A stretch of DNA of 64,000 nucleotides from Clostridia bacterium (lineage in GTDB: Bacteria; Bacillota; Clostridia; Oscillospirales; CAG-272), in assembly GCA_017399025.1 (NCBI GenBank), contig JAFQEK010000115.1, forward strand, positions 374 to 64,373, written 5' to 3'. Under the pieces are notes generated by a model. The model saw only the letters and a program-made list of their open reading frames with translations, did no database searches and was not told the DNA's origin. Shown one piece after another: positions 1 through 9,873 of the stretch (the stretch's first letter is position 1; every line of letters begins with the position of its first letter). A program made the translations under genes and the position numbers.

Positions 1-876
1 TTTCAACAGAAAAGGGATTGGCTTTGTACGTTTTCTTTTTGCTGATTTCATAGTTTTGCGGTTTGATGAAACATTTTTGACCGGTTTCTTTCAGATACAG
101 ATAGTTTTCGCCGCTTTCGTACCCTGCATCCGCGATGATTCTTTCAAACAATCTTTTTGTATGACTTTTGATCCTTTTGAGGAACGGTATCAAAGTGTTC
201 ACATCATTTCTGTTTGAAAAAGCACCGACTCCTACGATATATTCACTCTCTACGCCGATTTGGATATTGTATCCCGGTTTGAGTTGACCGTTTCGCATAT
301 GATCTTCCTTCATGTGCATAAAAGTGGCATCGATATCTGTTTTGGAGTAACTGTTTCGATTACCAAATTTCCCAAGATGCATGAGATATTCATTCCGCTT
401 GTTCATATATTCGGCTAAGGTTTCAATATCTCTCTGGAGTTGGGTCTTCTTCTGTCCTTTTCCGGAAACAAATGCAAGATTGACCCATTGCGCTTGCAGC
501 AAAAGATTTTCATAACATTTTTTAAGATCAATCGTTTCACAAATTCCGTATCTCTCCGCGATGACGGGAAGTATGTTCGCTATCTTTTGGTTCAATTTTT
601 CAAGATTTTTGTTGACCGCTTTTTTCCATATGAACGTATATCTGTTTTACACGCTTTTGCAATATCTCTTCCTGAATACAGTCGCTCCATATATCCGAAT
701 ACCAATATTTCAAACATCGTAATTGGATTGACTTTTCTCCATGTTCGAACATATGTTGCATACAACTCGCTGTAGTCCAGACTTTCGCATATTTCCGCTA
801 CTTTGAATACAAAATCTTCTTCAGATATACAAATTTCTAAATCTATTGGTAAAACTACTTGATTTTTGTTTCGCAT
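1..876 (-). mobile_element. IS1182-family transposase remnant (internally deleted, frameshifted; 3' part runs off the window start)
   Basis: ORF 592..876 has the IS1182/DUF772-type N-terminus (NPITMFEILVFGYMERLYSGRDIAKACKTDIR). My translation of the minus strand of 1..640 in another frame is open. It reads FIWKKAVNKNLEKLNQKIANILPVIAERYG...NRNSYSKTDIDATFMHMKED...QNYEISKKKTYKANPFSVE, the DDE core region. The two parts abut out of frame at ~630-640, and the segment normally between them is missing. Confidence 0.65.
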
Positions 877-1059
877 TGTTGTATAATATCCTCGCTTTCT
901 TGTTAGTTATTTGTCGCGATTTAATTATACAACAAAGCAAGCGGTTGCTCAATACCTTTTTGGTACTGAACAACCGCTTTTCTTCTTTTAGGTCATCTTA
1001 CAGCCCCTTTTTGTTATTACACCACCGCATTTGGCGGTGAGTAAGTGCGCACATTTATA

Positions 1060-2388
1060 TTATAGGCCGCGGTTACGTAGATCGCTGACAAGCTCAGAAT
1101 AAAAGGCACGAACATCAAAATCGCAAATATTCTCACGATTGAGGTCTATTACATCTCCGTGAGAAATGCCGCGTGTTCCTTTAGAGCGAAGAAGAGTATA
1201 TTTTTCTCCCCAAGCAAATGAGGACTCTCCAACAAGACCATCGTTTTCACCGTCAAAATTTTTAACGAAACGATATGAAAGGTTGAGGGGAAATTGTCCC
1301 TTATGCGGACATTCCATTACCGAGCCTATACTTTGTGCGAAGATTCCCTTGGGAAAAGTGAGCGATTCATTTCGCTTTTGACAAGCCTCAGCCGTCAGAT
1401 CGCCGATTGCAGCCAAAAAATCGGGGTTTTCGTCTCCAAGTGTGGTAAGGGTCGTATTATATACGGTTGCAACCTTGTTTTTTATGGATTCGGGAATCAC
1501 ATACAAAAGTCGCTCAGCAAAAAGACACCCCCTGTGAGGCGTATTAACGGTTGTTATAGAAGCAACGTACGGAGCAAGTCCGAATTCCGAGATTGCATAC
1601 CGACAATCCAACCCACCCTTTGAATGTGCGATGATATTAACCTTTTCACAACCGGAGCGATCTGCGATCAGTTTTATTCTCGATGCAAGTTCTCTTGCAC
1701 TTTCTTTTACGGTCAATGCAGATTGATGTTCCCCATAGTAGATAGTTGCGCCGTGCAATTTCAGTGTTCGCGGAATTCTGCCCCAATAGTTAAATAATTT
1801 GCTATCACGGAAGAATACGCCGTGAACCAACACAAGTGGATATTTGGTTTTGCAGATTTCTGAAAGTGCGGGAGAGGTCGAAATGATTTCCTTTTCGATT
1901 TCAAAATCCACCTCGTCTGACGTGATGTTTATAATTCGGGTAAGTACAATGAGATTTAGTATTGGTATCATACCACATAACGCACCGATTAAGCGCCACT
2001 TGATACCCATTTGTGTTGATGTACAGTAAACACAGATGATTCCATTCCAAAAAAGAATCGCAGAAGCCACAATGCAATAAACTAAACTCCATACCAAGTC
2101 CATATATGTTTTAGGAATTGAAAGAAAAGCCAATACAATGTGCCAAATAAGCGAGGGAATCAAGGAGCAAACAAATATAGTAAGTAGCAACGTTCCGTGA
2201 TTGCATAATTTCAGACGTAGCTTCTTGGTACCTGTAGGTTTTATTCCGACCAATGAGTTTAACAGAACAAAAAGTGGAATTATGACTAAAAGCATAAGGG
2301 GCGAAGTCTTTACCAGCATATAGCTGTTAAGTAATAAACTCATTAAGATGAAATAAACAATGCATATCGGATTTATATATCTCTTCAT
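1060..2388 (-). CDS. membrane-anchored alpha/beta-hydrolase (lipase/esterase family)
   Basis: The N-terminal ~190 aa contains several hydrophobic helices. The C-terminal domain has PLVLVHGVFFRD and the nucleophile elbow IIAHSKGGLD (GxSxG type). The likely start is MKRYINP at 2388, preceded by AAAGGGGG. Confidence 0.7.
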   Translation of the reverse strand: MKRYINPICIVYFILMSLLLNSYMLVKTSPLMLLVIIPLFVLLNSLVGIKPTGTKKLRLKLCNHGTLLLTIFVCSLIPSLIWHIVLAFLSIPKTYMDLVWSLVYCIVASAILFWNGIICVYCTSTQMGIKWRLIGALCGMIPILNLIVLTRIINITSDEVDFEIEKEIISTSPALSEICKTKYPLVLVHGVFFRDSKLFNYWGRIPRTLKLHGATIYYGEHQSALTVKESARELASRIKLIADRSGCEKVNIIAHSKGGLDCRYAISEFGLAPYVASITTVNTPHRGCLFAERLLYVIPESIKNKVATVYNTTLTTLGDENPDFLAAIGDLTAEACQKRNESLTFPKGIFAQSIGSVMECPHKGQFPLNLSYRFVKNFDGENDGLVGESSFAWGEKYTLLRSKGTRGISHGDVIDLNRENICDFDVRAFYSELVSDLRNRGL

Positions 2389-2543
2389 AAAAACCCCCTT
2401 TCTCAAACCCCAAGGTGTACTGTGGATTTCATCAAAGCACATTTAGCTTTGAAAAGCTATCCTTTAAGACACAACACATAATCCTGTCGGATTTTTTATG
2501 CAAATAAAGACAGTTCCGTTTTTCGCCGGGAAATCAGCGTCTA

Positions 2544-2981
2544 TCAATCCACGTTCGTGGGAGTATAGAGATTGGTATATGCCTTTTTTTCGTTTTCTTT
2601 CTTTGTTGTAACAAAATGGTATACACAACGAATCACTGCAAGAATAAGATAAAGAACAGAGAACACAAGAACCGCGAATATTGCAGTTCTTCCTCGTTCA
2701 ATCAAGCCGGAAACCCGGATAAATGCAAAAGCAAAGGAAGCAATCGTCAGAATACCGTGAACCACCGTCTTCGCAATATAGGAACGAAGATATGGAAACA
2801 TAAAGATCAGGTCACAAAGAGCCACCAAAGCGCCGAACGTCAGCGCCGACCAGATCAAAGGAAGATTTACCGTAGAGCTTTTCAGCATTTCAGCAACCAG
2901 AACAAAGACAAGAGTCGAAAACATAAAGTAAGCGCCCGTATGACCGATATAAGATTTCAGAACAGAAACAAATTTTTTCAT
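2544..2981 (-). CDS. small polytopic membrane protein, function unknown
   Basis: About 145 aa with four hydrophobic segments. ATG at 2981 (MKKFVSVL). No family recognised. Confidence 0.45.
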   Translation of the reverse strand: MKKFVSVLKSYIGHTGAYFMFSTLVFVLVAEMLKSSTVNLPLIWSALTFGALVALCDLIFMFPYLRSYIAKTVVHGILTIASFAFAFIRVSGLIERGRTAIFAVLVFSVLYLILAVIRCVYHFVTTKKENEKKAYTNLYTPTNVD

Positions 2982-3247
2982 ACCTTTTTCCAAATTCTTT
3001 CATTGATTTCTTTATATCCGCCCATCCAAGTTTTTATTCTCATCCGGGAATAAAATGACAGCAGATATTTCGAGTAATTTCCTATAAGTCAAGAAAGTGG
3101 GCAACGCCCACCGGAAGTTGCTCGCCTATCGTAGTTTTTCTTGTATCCATGCAATACAAACGGCGAGGTCAAATTTGAGTAATTTCCTATACATCAAAAA
3201 ACGGACTTTATTTTCAAAAGTCCGTTTCCGTTTTGCAAATTCTAAAA

Positions 3248-3526
3248 TTATTCAGCAACAACACTTACGCGTTTTTTGTTATCGCCATAGCGTTCGAACT
3301 TAACAACGCCGTTGGTGAGAGCGAAAAGTGTATCGTCAGAACCAATGCCTACATTGGTGCCGGGATGTACGTTTGTACCTCTCTGACGAACGATGATGTT
3401 ACCTGCGAGAACGGTCTGACCGTCGGATTTCTTAACACCGAGTCTCTGCGCACGGCTATCACGGCCGTTCTTTGTAGAACCTACACCTTTTTTATGTGCA
3501 AAAAATTGCAAGCCAAGTCTCAACAT
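3248..3526 (-). CDS. rpmA: 50S ribosomal protein L27 with Prp-cleavable N-terminal extension
   Basis: [32 protein letters not shown]...; ATG at 3526 behind GGAGG. The LQFF/AHKKG propeptide junction is typical of Firmicutes. Confidence 0.95.
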   Translation of the reverse strand: MLRLGLQFFAHKKGVGSTKNGRDSRAQRLGVKKSDGQTVLAGNIIVRQRGTNVHPGTNVGIGSDDTLFALTNGVVKFERYGDNKKRVSVVAE

Positions 3527-3563
3527 GACTGTAGTACCTCCATCTTCAGATTTTGTGTAACTG

Positions 3564-3920
3564 TTAAATCGGTTTTTCCACTTCTTCGACGTCAATATAG
3601 TCCCCGTAATCTTCGATCATATCCATAAGCTGATAAAAATAGCCCTGAATCAGACCGGAAACGGCAAACTGCTTTTCATCAGACGAAGCGTATTTGGGAA
3701 CAGCTTCCTTTACGGTTACGGTAATATCGGTGGTTTCGTCGTCAATTTCATATTTCACGTCAACGCCCCAAACGGTTTCGATGGTGTTGATGATCAGCAT
3801 GGTCATTGCGGAAAGCGCGGAGCAGATGATATCCGTTCCGAATTCTCCGTAGCCGGCGTGTCCGATTTCATGAAAGCCGTAAAAGTTGCCCTTGTGTTTG
3901 TAAAAAACAACTTTCGTCAT
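3564..3920 (-). CDS. prp: ribosomal-processing cysteine protease Prp (DUF464/YsxB)
   Basis: Lies between rplU and rpmA. Carries [20 protein letters not shown], which contains the His and Cys dyad region of Prp. Confidence 0.85.
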   Translation of the reverse strand: MTKVVFYKHKGNFYGFHEIGHAGYGEFGTDIICSALSAMTMLIINTIETVWGVDVKYEIDDETTDITVTVKEAVPKYASSDEKQFAVSGLIQGYFYQLMDMIEDYGDYIDVEEVEKPI

Positions 3921-3926
3921 GGAAAA

Positions 3927-4235
3927 TTAACCAAAGATTTTTTCGATCTGAACCTTGGTATAAGGCTGTCTGTGACCGATTTTCTTCTTTTCGTTCTTTT
4001 TGGATTTGTATTTAAGAACATGGATCTTCTTACCCTTGCCGTTCTTAATTACATTTGCAGTTACATAAGCACCTTCAACGGTAGGCTTGCCTGCTACGAA
4101 AGTTTCGCCGGAAACTGCGAGAACTTTTTCGAATTTTACGGATTCGCCTTCGTTAACTTCGAGCTTTTCAACGAAAATAACGTCGCCTTCCTGAACTTTG
4201 TACTGCTTTCCGCCTGTTACGATAATTGCGAACAT
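3927..4235 (-). CDS. rplU: 50S ribosomal protein L21
   Basis: [25 protein letters not shown]...[13 protein letters not shown]; ATG at 4235 behind GAGAGGTG. Confidence 0.95.
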   Translation of the reverse strand: MFAIIVTGGKQYKVQEGDVIFVEKLEVNEGESVKFEKVLAVSGETFVAGKPTVEGAYVTANVIKNGKGKKIHVLKYKSKKNEKKKIGHRQPYTKVQIEKIFG

Positions 4236-4345
4236 GGAAAAGCACCTCTCTTTCATCATATGACTCGCTAAGCAAGGCAACAAATCTTCGTGAAAATCCT
4301 TCATTTCGTTTGTTTTTTATGGGCCTTTGCATTATGCGGCGATTT

Positions 4346-4375
4346 ATTATATCATAAATTACCCGTCATTGTCAA
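4346..4375 (-). promoter_or_regulatory. sigma-A promoter of the rplU-prp-rpmA operon
   Basis: Minus strand reads TTGACA (4375..4370), an 18-nt spacer, then TATAAT (4351..4346), ~110 nt upstream of rplU. Confidence 0.6.
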
Positions 4376-4476
4376 GTGCTTTTCTGTTTTTCTTTTGTTT
4401 TTTTCGTTATTTTTCATAATTTTTTTCAGTTGTTTTTTTACAGTGTCAAAAAAAACCGCGAATTCAAAAAAAATAC

Positions 4477-4505
4477 TTGACGGATTTTCCCGCTTTTGCT
4501 ATACT
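4477..4505 (+). promoter_or_regulatory. sigma-A promoter of gdhA
   Basis: TTGACG (4477..4482), 17-nt spacer, TATACT (4500..4505), 44 nt upstream of the gdhA ATG. Confidence 0.55.
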
Positions 4506-4548
4506 AATTCCATAATTTGATTTCATATCGAAAGGAGTTTAATATTAT

Positions 4549-5883
4549 ATGAAATACATCGAAAGAGTTCTTTGTGAGCTCAATCAAAAATATGCGGATC
4601 AGCCTGAATTTCTGCAGGCTGCGCGCGAAGTTTTGGATTCCATTGCGCCCGCTGTGGAAAAAAATGAAGCCGTTTACGAAAGAAACGCCATTCTGGAACG
4701 CATTGTGGAACCCGACCGCCAGATCCAATTTAAAATTCCGTGGGTTGACGACAACGGAAACGCACATGTCAACATCGGTTACCGTGTACAGTTCAATAAC
4801 TCTATTGGTCCTTACAAGGGCGGCATCCGTCTTCACCCCTCCGTCAATACCAGCATCATGAAATTTCTGGGATTTGAACAGGTTTTCAAAAACTCCCTCA
4901 CAGGTCTTCCGATCGGCGGTGCCAAAGGCGGTTCCGATTTTGATCCCAAGGGCAAATCCGACCGCGAAGTCATGGCATTCTGCCAGAGCTTCATGACTGA
5001 GCTCTACAAATATATCGGAGCGGACACCGACGTTCCCGCAGGCGATATCGGCACGGGGGCGCGAGAAATCGGTTATTTCTACGGTCAGTATAAGAGAATC
5101 CGCGGTATTTATGAAGGCGTTCTTACCGGAAAAGGACTTTCCTACGGCGGTTCTCTCGCACGTAAGGAAGCTACCGGCTACGGTTTGCTCTACATGACGG
5201 ATGAGTTGATGAAAGATCACAACGATACCCTTGAAGGAAAAACCGTTGTCATCTCCGGTGCAGGCAACGTTGCCATTTACGCAGCCGAAAAAGCCATGCA
5301 GCTCGGCGCAAAGGTCGTTACCCTCAGCGACTCCACCGGCTGGATTTACGATGAAAACGGTATTGACCTTGCACTCGTAAAAGAAATCAAGGAAGTCCGC
5401 CGCGCGCGTATTTCCGAATACGTCAAGGTTCGCACACAGGCGGTTTATACCGAAGGCAAAGGTGTATGGAGTGTTCCCTGTGATATCGCGCTTCCCTGCG
5501 CAACACAGAACGAATTACTTGCAGACGATGCAAAAATGCTCGTTGCAAACGGCTGTAAGGCAGTTTGCGAAGGTGCCAATATGCCTACCAGCATGGAAGC
5601 GACGCAGATTCTCATGGAAAGCGGTGTCATGTTCGTTCCCGGCAAGGCTGCCAACGCAGGCGGTGTTGCAACCTCCGCTCTGGAAATGTCCCAGAACAGC
5701 GAACGTCTCAGCTGGAGCTTTGAAGAGGTTGACGAAAAGCTTCACGGCATTATGAAAAACATCTACAAGAGCATTTCCACCACCGCAAAGAAATACGGTG
5801 CGGAAGGAAATTACGTCATCGGTGCAAACATCGCAGGCTTTGAAAAGGTCGTTGACGCCATGCTCGCACACGGAGTTTGCTGA
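4549..5883 (+). CDS. gdhA: NADP-specific glutamate dehydrogenase
   Basis: 444 aa. Carries the Glu/Leu/Phe/Val dehydrogenase signature PYKGGIRLHPSVN and catalytic-Lys region GGAKGGSDFDPKGKS. A Rossmann motif VVISGAGNVA is present. Confidence 0.95.
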   Translation: MKYIERVLCELNQKYADQPEFLQAAREVLDSIAPAVEKNEAVYERNAILERIVEPDRQIQFKIPWVDDNGNAHVNIGYRVQFNNSIGPYKGGIRLHPSVNTSIMKFLGFEQVFKNSLTGLPIGGAKGGSDFDPKGKSDREVMAFCQSFMTELYKYIGADTDVPAGDIGTGAREIGYFYGQYKRIRGIYEGVLTGKGLSYGGSLARKEATGYGLLYMTDELMKDHNDTLEGKTVVISGAGNVAIYAAEKAMQLGAKVVTLSDSTGWIYDENGIDLALVKEIKEVRRARISEYVKVRTQAVYTEGKGVWSVPCDIALPCATQNELLADDAKMLVANGCKAVCEGANMPTSMEATQILMESGVMFVPGKAANAGGVATSALEMSQNSERLSWSFEEVDEKLHGIMKNIYKSISTTAKKYGAEGNYVIGANIAGFEKVVDAMLAHGVC

Positions 5884-5902
5884 TTTTTCTTAAAATTTAT
5901 TC

Positions 5903-5938
5903 GGGCTGATTCATATAAAAATCGAATCAGCCCTTTTA
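5903..5938 (+). terminator. rho-independent terminator of gdhA
   Basis: GGGCTGATTC / GAATCAGCCC stem followed by TTTT. Confidence 0.75.
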
Positions 5939-5960
5939 TCATATAAAAGGAAGTTGTTTT

Positions 5961-7550
5961 ATGGGCTGCTGGGGCATGGGCATGACACAGACCGATGAGT
6001 TCTGCGAAATATACGAAAAATTTATGGAAGAATACGACGATGGCAAAGCCGTTTCAGAAATTACCGCAGAAATTCTTGCAAATTATCATAACGAATTCGA
6101 TGATGACGACGGTGTCATGCACGATGTCTATTTCGCGCTCGCGAAAGCAGAATGGATGTGCTGTGAACAATCCGAGCCGATTCTTGCGCGCGTTCGGGAA
6201 ATCATCGGAAGCAAAGCGAATATCACGTTTTACCGAGAGCTGGAAGCCACGGAATCGGATTTGAGGCTCCGGCAAAAAAATCTCGAAAAATTTTGGAATA
6301 TGCTCCAAACACCGCGTGAAAAACCAAGGAAGCGCAAGAGAACGGCACCCCTCGCCAAAAAGACGTTCCCTACGCTTGAAATCGGGGATTGCTTTGCCTA
6401 TAAATATGAAGACGGCTTTCGCGTGATCTGCGTACTCGAACGGTTTCGGCCGCGGGCAGACAGAGAGGAAACCGTTTCCGTCGCGCTTTTCAGTAACGTC
6501 TACTCCTCGGAGAAATTGAAAAACACGGATTTTCTGCAAGAAAACACGGGAAAGATATTCACCGTTACGGCATCGGAATTTCTCGGAAAATCCGTCATCA
6601 GAAAAATTGCGCACGTTAAAATTCCAAGCAATTGCAGACAATTTTTCGAAATCCTGTACGAAAGCAAGCCGGTCTTTCGCATGAAAATTGAGAATCCCTT
6701 GGATTTAACTCTCTCGGAGCTTTTTCGGCATTACGAGCAAAATACCAATGAGGCAATGCAAAAGCTGGAGGTCGGCGGATGCTATGCATACCGATACAAA
6801 AACGGATATCAATTTGCGGTCGTTCTGGATCATACAAAGTCCGATAACGGGCAATATTGGATGATTGCCGTTTTATCCGCTTTTTCCGATACGCCAGACA
6901 TTGATTTTCTCCATACTGATTTTTCTACTCTCGCAGTATACGGCAAGGAAGAAATCCCGAATCTCAGCGGCTGGGAAAAAGTATCTTCCGTTGCAGTACC
7001 GAGCAATATGCAAAAGAGATTTTTAGGGAAAAGCAAATATATCATCAACGGCATCCTTGATTTTTTAAAAAACCACGTCAAGATTTACCGTGAACTGTAT
7101 TTATTGCATCAACTCGCACCTCTGCTGGCATATTGCCAAGAAACCACCGACGAGGCATTTGCCAAGCTCGAAACATACGGACTTTATTCGTATCCGACCG
7201 CTGATGGTTTCCGGCTTGCCCTCATTTTGGATCAGTTCCTTTCATCCTGCGGTACGGAATGCGCGCTCATCGCGCTTCTCCGAAAATTCCCCTTTTCCGC
7301 AGGAGATTACATGAATTACATCATTTCCCACGTCGGCATCTATTCGGCGGATATGCTTCCGAATACGGAAGCATGGGCACTCGTCAACAAAATGATTCCG
7401 GCGGATTACGTTCCCGGCAATCTCCAAGCCTTCAGAGCGAAATACGGCGCCGTTGCCACAGGATGCATCCAACGCTTCTTTCAGAAGAAAGGTTCAGAAA
7501 CGATGCTCACGCTGAATCAATTTCTAAGGACAGATTATGCCCAGGCATAG
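5961..7550 (+). CDS. DUF4259-like N-terminal domain protein with three internal ~130-aa repeats
   Basis: The N-terminus MGCWGMGMTQTDEF resembles the MGxWGxG start of DUF4259. Three repeats are seeded by LEIGDCFAYKYEDGFRVICVLERF, LEVGGCYAYRYKNGYQFAVVLDHT and LETYGLYSYPTADGFRLALILDQF. Confidence 0.6.
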   Translation: MGCWGMGMTQTDEFCEIYEKFMEEYDDGKAVSEITAEILANYHNEFDDDDGVMHDVYFALAKAEWMCCEQSEPILARVREIIGSKANITFYRELEATESDLRLRQKNLEKFWNMLQTPREKPRKRKRTAPLAKKTFPTLEIGDCFAYKYEDGFRVICVLERFRPRADREETVSVALFSNVYSSEKLKNTDFLQENTGKIFTVTASEFLGKSVIRKIAHVKIPSNCRQFFEILYESKPVFRMKIENPLDLTLSELFRHYEQNTNEAMQKLEVGGCYAYRYKNGYQFAVVLDHTKSDNGQYWMIAVLSAFSDTPDIDFLHTDFSTLAVYGKEEIPNLSGWEKVSSVAVPSNMQKRFLGKSKYIINGILDFLKNHVKIYRELYLLHQLAPLLAYCQETTDEAFAKLETYGLYSYPTADGFRLALILDQFLSSCGTECALIALLRKFPFSAGDYMNYIISHVGIYSADMLPNTEAWALVNKMIPADYVPGNLQAFRAKYGAVATGCIQRFFQKKGSETMLTLNQFLRTDYAQA

Positions 7551-7573
7551 AAATTTTGAATATCCATTCACGC

Positions 7574-7610
7574 AAAAGACTCTTTTTCCGACCGGAAAAA
7601 GAGTCTTTTT
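7574..7610. terminator. bidirectional terminator between the DUF4259-like gene and ftsH
   Basis: AAAAGACTCTTTTT / AAAAAGAGTCTTTT stem with A/T runs on both sides. Confidence 0.7.
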
Positions 7611-7618
7611 GATAGGAT

Positions 7619-9733
7619 TTATTTTCTGTTATTCGGATCGTAAGGATCGTTGGGATCATCGTAGCCGTAACCGCGCATTTCCTGCTGTGGAGTTTTGGGA
7701 ATATTTTTTGATCCATCCTGTTCCTGCTGTTCCGCTTCTGCACGTCTGCGCGCTTCTTCTTCATCGCGTTTGCGAGCTTCGGCTTCCGCAGCTTCGCGGA
7801 GTTTATTTTCCTCTTCGGAACGGCGGCGTTTTGCTTCGCCGATTTCCGCAATTTCCGCAATGGTAGGCATTTCTCGTTCCATTGCCGCCTTGAATTGCTC
7901 ATCATCCATCACTTCATATTCCACAAGGAAATCCGCAATGAAATCCAATTTTTCGCGGTGTTCGGAAAGCACAGTCATCGCAACTGCATACGCTTCGTCG
8001 ATAATCTTTTTGATTTCGCTGTCAATCAAAGCGGCTGTTTGCTCGGAATACGCCTGAGAAGAATTGAAATCTCTGCCAAGGAACACTTCGTCATCGCCGT
8101 GAGGATTGCCGAGATGCACGGTACCGAGAACTTCGCTCATACCGTAGATTGTAACCATCTTCTTCGCCACAGCCGTTGCACGCTTGATATCACCCGAAGC
8201 TCCGCCCGAAATATCATCGAACACAAGTGCTTCTGCTGCGCGTCCTGCAAGGCACATAGCAATTTCTTCCTTCATAGCGTTCTTGTATTCGCTGAACTTA
8301 TCCTCTACGGGAGGGTTGAGCGTATAGCCAAGCGCTTTTCCGCTGGGAATGATGGAAATCTGACGAACGGGGTCCTGTGTGGGCATGAAATACGCCAACA
8401 TTGCATGGCCCGCTTCGTGATATGCGGTTTTACGTTTTTCTTCGGGTTTGATCTTATAATTCTTTTTCTGAGTACCGACGGCAATTTTGATCAGAGATTC
8501 TTCAATATCAATCATACCGATCAGAGATTTACCCTTGCGTGCCGCCAACAATGCCGCTTCGTTCAGAAGGTTGGCAAGGTCTGCGCCCGCAAAGCCAACG
8601 GTCGTTTGCGCAATCTTTTTGAAATCCACATCGCTTTCAAAGGGTTTGCCCTTTGCGTGAACATTCAGAATCTCTTCTCTGCCCTTGATATCGGGATAAC
8701 CTACGGTTACCTGACGGTCAAAACGTCCGGGGCGCAAAAGTGCGGGGTCCAGAATATCGGGACGGTTGGTTGCCGCAATGACGATAACGCCGTCATGACC
8801 GCCGAAGCCGTCCATTTCAACGAGAAGCTGGTTCAAAGTCTGCTCTTTTTCATCGTGTCCGCCGCCAAGACCGGTTCCGCGGCGCCTGCCCACTGCATCG
8901 ATTTCGTCAATGAAGATGATGCTTGCAGGCGCTTTTTTTGCCGTTTCAAAAAGGTCTCTTACACGGGATGCACCGACACCGACATACATTTCCACGAAAT
9001 CGGAACCCGAAATGGAGAAGAAAGGAACGTCCGCTTCGCCCGCAACCGCTTTGGCAAGCAAAGTTTTACCCGTTCCGGGAGGGCCTACAAGAAGAACACC
9101 GTGAGGAATCTTTGCGCCGAGACGGCGGAATTTTCCGGGATCGCGCAAATATTCCACAAGCTCGCGAAGTTCTTCCTTTTCCTCATCGCAGCCGGCAACA
9201 TCGCTGAAAAATTTGCGGTTCTTCTCCTTGGAATGCATTTTCGCTCTGGATTTTCCGAACGCATTCATACGGCGTTCGGTATCGCCTGCTTTATTCATCA
9301 TATAGATATAGAAAATAATCAGAATCACAGCAATGATAATACCGGGCAAAAATGCCACGATCCACGGAGTTTCCTTGAGCGCTTCCAAATCCCATGCCTC
9401 AATGTCGAGCGTTCTCTGGTCTTTGGGAAGTGCAAGCTGCGCATGCACGTAGGCGTTTACAACTTCATCTTTCATGAAGAGCTCAATGCTTCTGAGCTTA
9501 TGCGTATACACGACATCCGTATCCTGTTCCGTTTTATCCGTAGTCGTAATCGTCAGTACGTTCACGGAATTGATGGAAAATTTCTTAACTTTTCCTTCCT
9601 GGAACAGTTCGATGACTTCACCGTATGTGATCTTCTCCTGATTTTGCTTGTTGCCAAGAAAAGCAAAGCAAACTGCCATCAAAACAGCAAAGATCACAAG
9701 ATAAAGGATAATTGTTTTTAAGCTACCTTTCAT
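7619..9733 (-). CDS. ftsH: ATP-dependent zinc metalloprotease FtsH (with E/R/K-rich C-terminal tail)
   Basis: Two N-terminal TM segments, Walker A GPPGTGKT, Walker [10 protein letters not shown], and the zinc motif HEAGHA. The C-terminal ~80 aa are charged ([40 protein letters not shown]). Confidence 0.95.
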   Translation of the reverse strand: MKGSLKTIILYLVIFAVLMAVCFAFLGNKQNQEKITYGEVIELFQEGKVKKFSINSVNVLTITTTDKTEQDTDVVYTHKLRSIELFMKDEVVNAYVHAQLALPKDQRTLDIEAWDLEALKETPWIVAFLPGIIIAVILIIFYIYMMNKAGDTERRMNAFGKSRAKMHSKEKNRKFFSDVAGCDEEKEELRELVEYLRDPGKFRRLGAKIPHGVLLVGPPGTGKTLLAKAVAGEADVPFFSISGSDFVEMYVGVGASRVRDLFETAKKAPASIIFIDEIDAVGRRRGTGLGGGHDEKEQTLNQLLVEMDGFGGHDGVIVIAATNRPDILDPALLRPGRFDRQVTVGYPDIKGREEILNVHAKGKPFESDVDFKKIAQTTVGFAGADLANLLNEAALLAARKGKSLIGMIDIEESLIKIAVGTQKKNYKIKPEEKRKTAYHEAGHAMLAYFMPTQDPVRQISIIPSGKALGYTLNPPVEDKFSEYKNAMKEEIAMCLAGRAAEALVFDDISGGASGDIKRATAVAKKMVTIYGMSEVLGTVHLGNPHGDDEVFLGRDFNSSQAYSEQTAALIDSEIKKIIDEAYAVAMTVLSEHREKLDFIADFLVEYEVMDDEQFKAAMEREMPTIAEIAEIGEAKRRRSEEENKLREAAEAEARKRDEEEARRRAEAEQQEQDGSKNIPKTPQQEMRGYGYDDPNDPYDPNNRK

Positions 9734-9873
9734 GTCTTTCTTATTCCTCCAAAGGCAATTTTTATGGTAAAACCCATTCGTTCTTACAGTATATCATACT
9801 TTCATGTCAATGTTGTGGAAAAAATGTGAACATTTTCATAAATTTATAAAAATATTATGAAAATTCTTCGGAT

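Noticed and set aside
440-775. 111-aa plus-strand ORF
   Set aside because: It is antisense to the IS1182 transposase remnant and has no motifs.
4236-4345. L21 ribosomal leader RNA upstream of rplU
   Set aside because: The position and length (~110-nt 5' UTR after a good promoter) fit, but I cannot verify the Rfam L21_leader consensus by eye. It is left unannotated.
7895-9721. 608-aa ORF antisense to ftsH
   Set aside because: This is a mirror ORF of a highly conserved gene, with no motifs and atypical composition.
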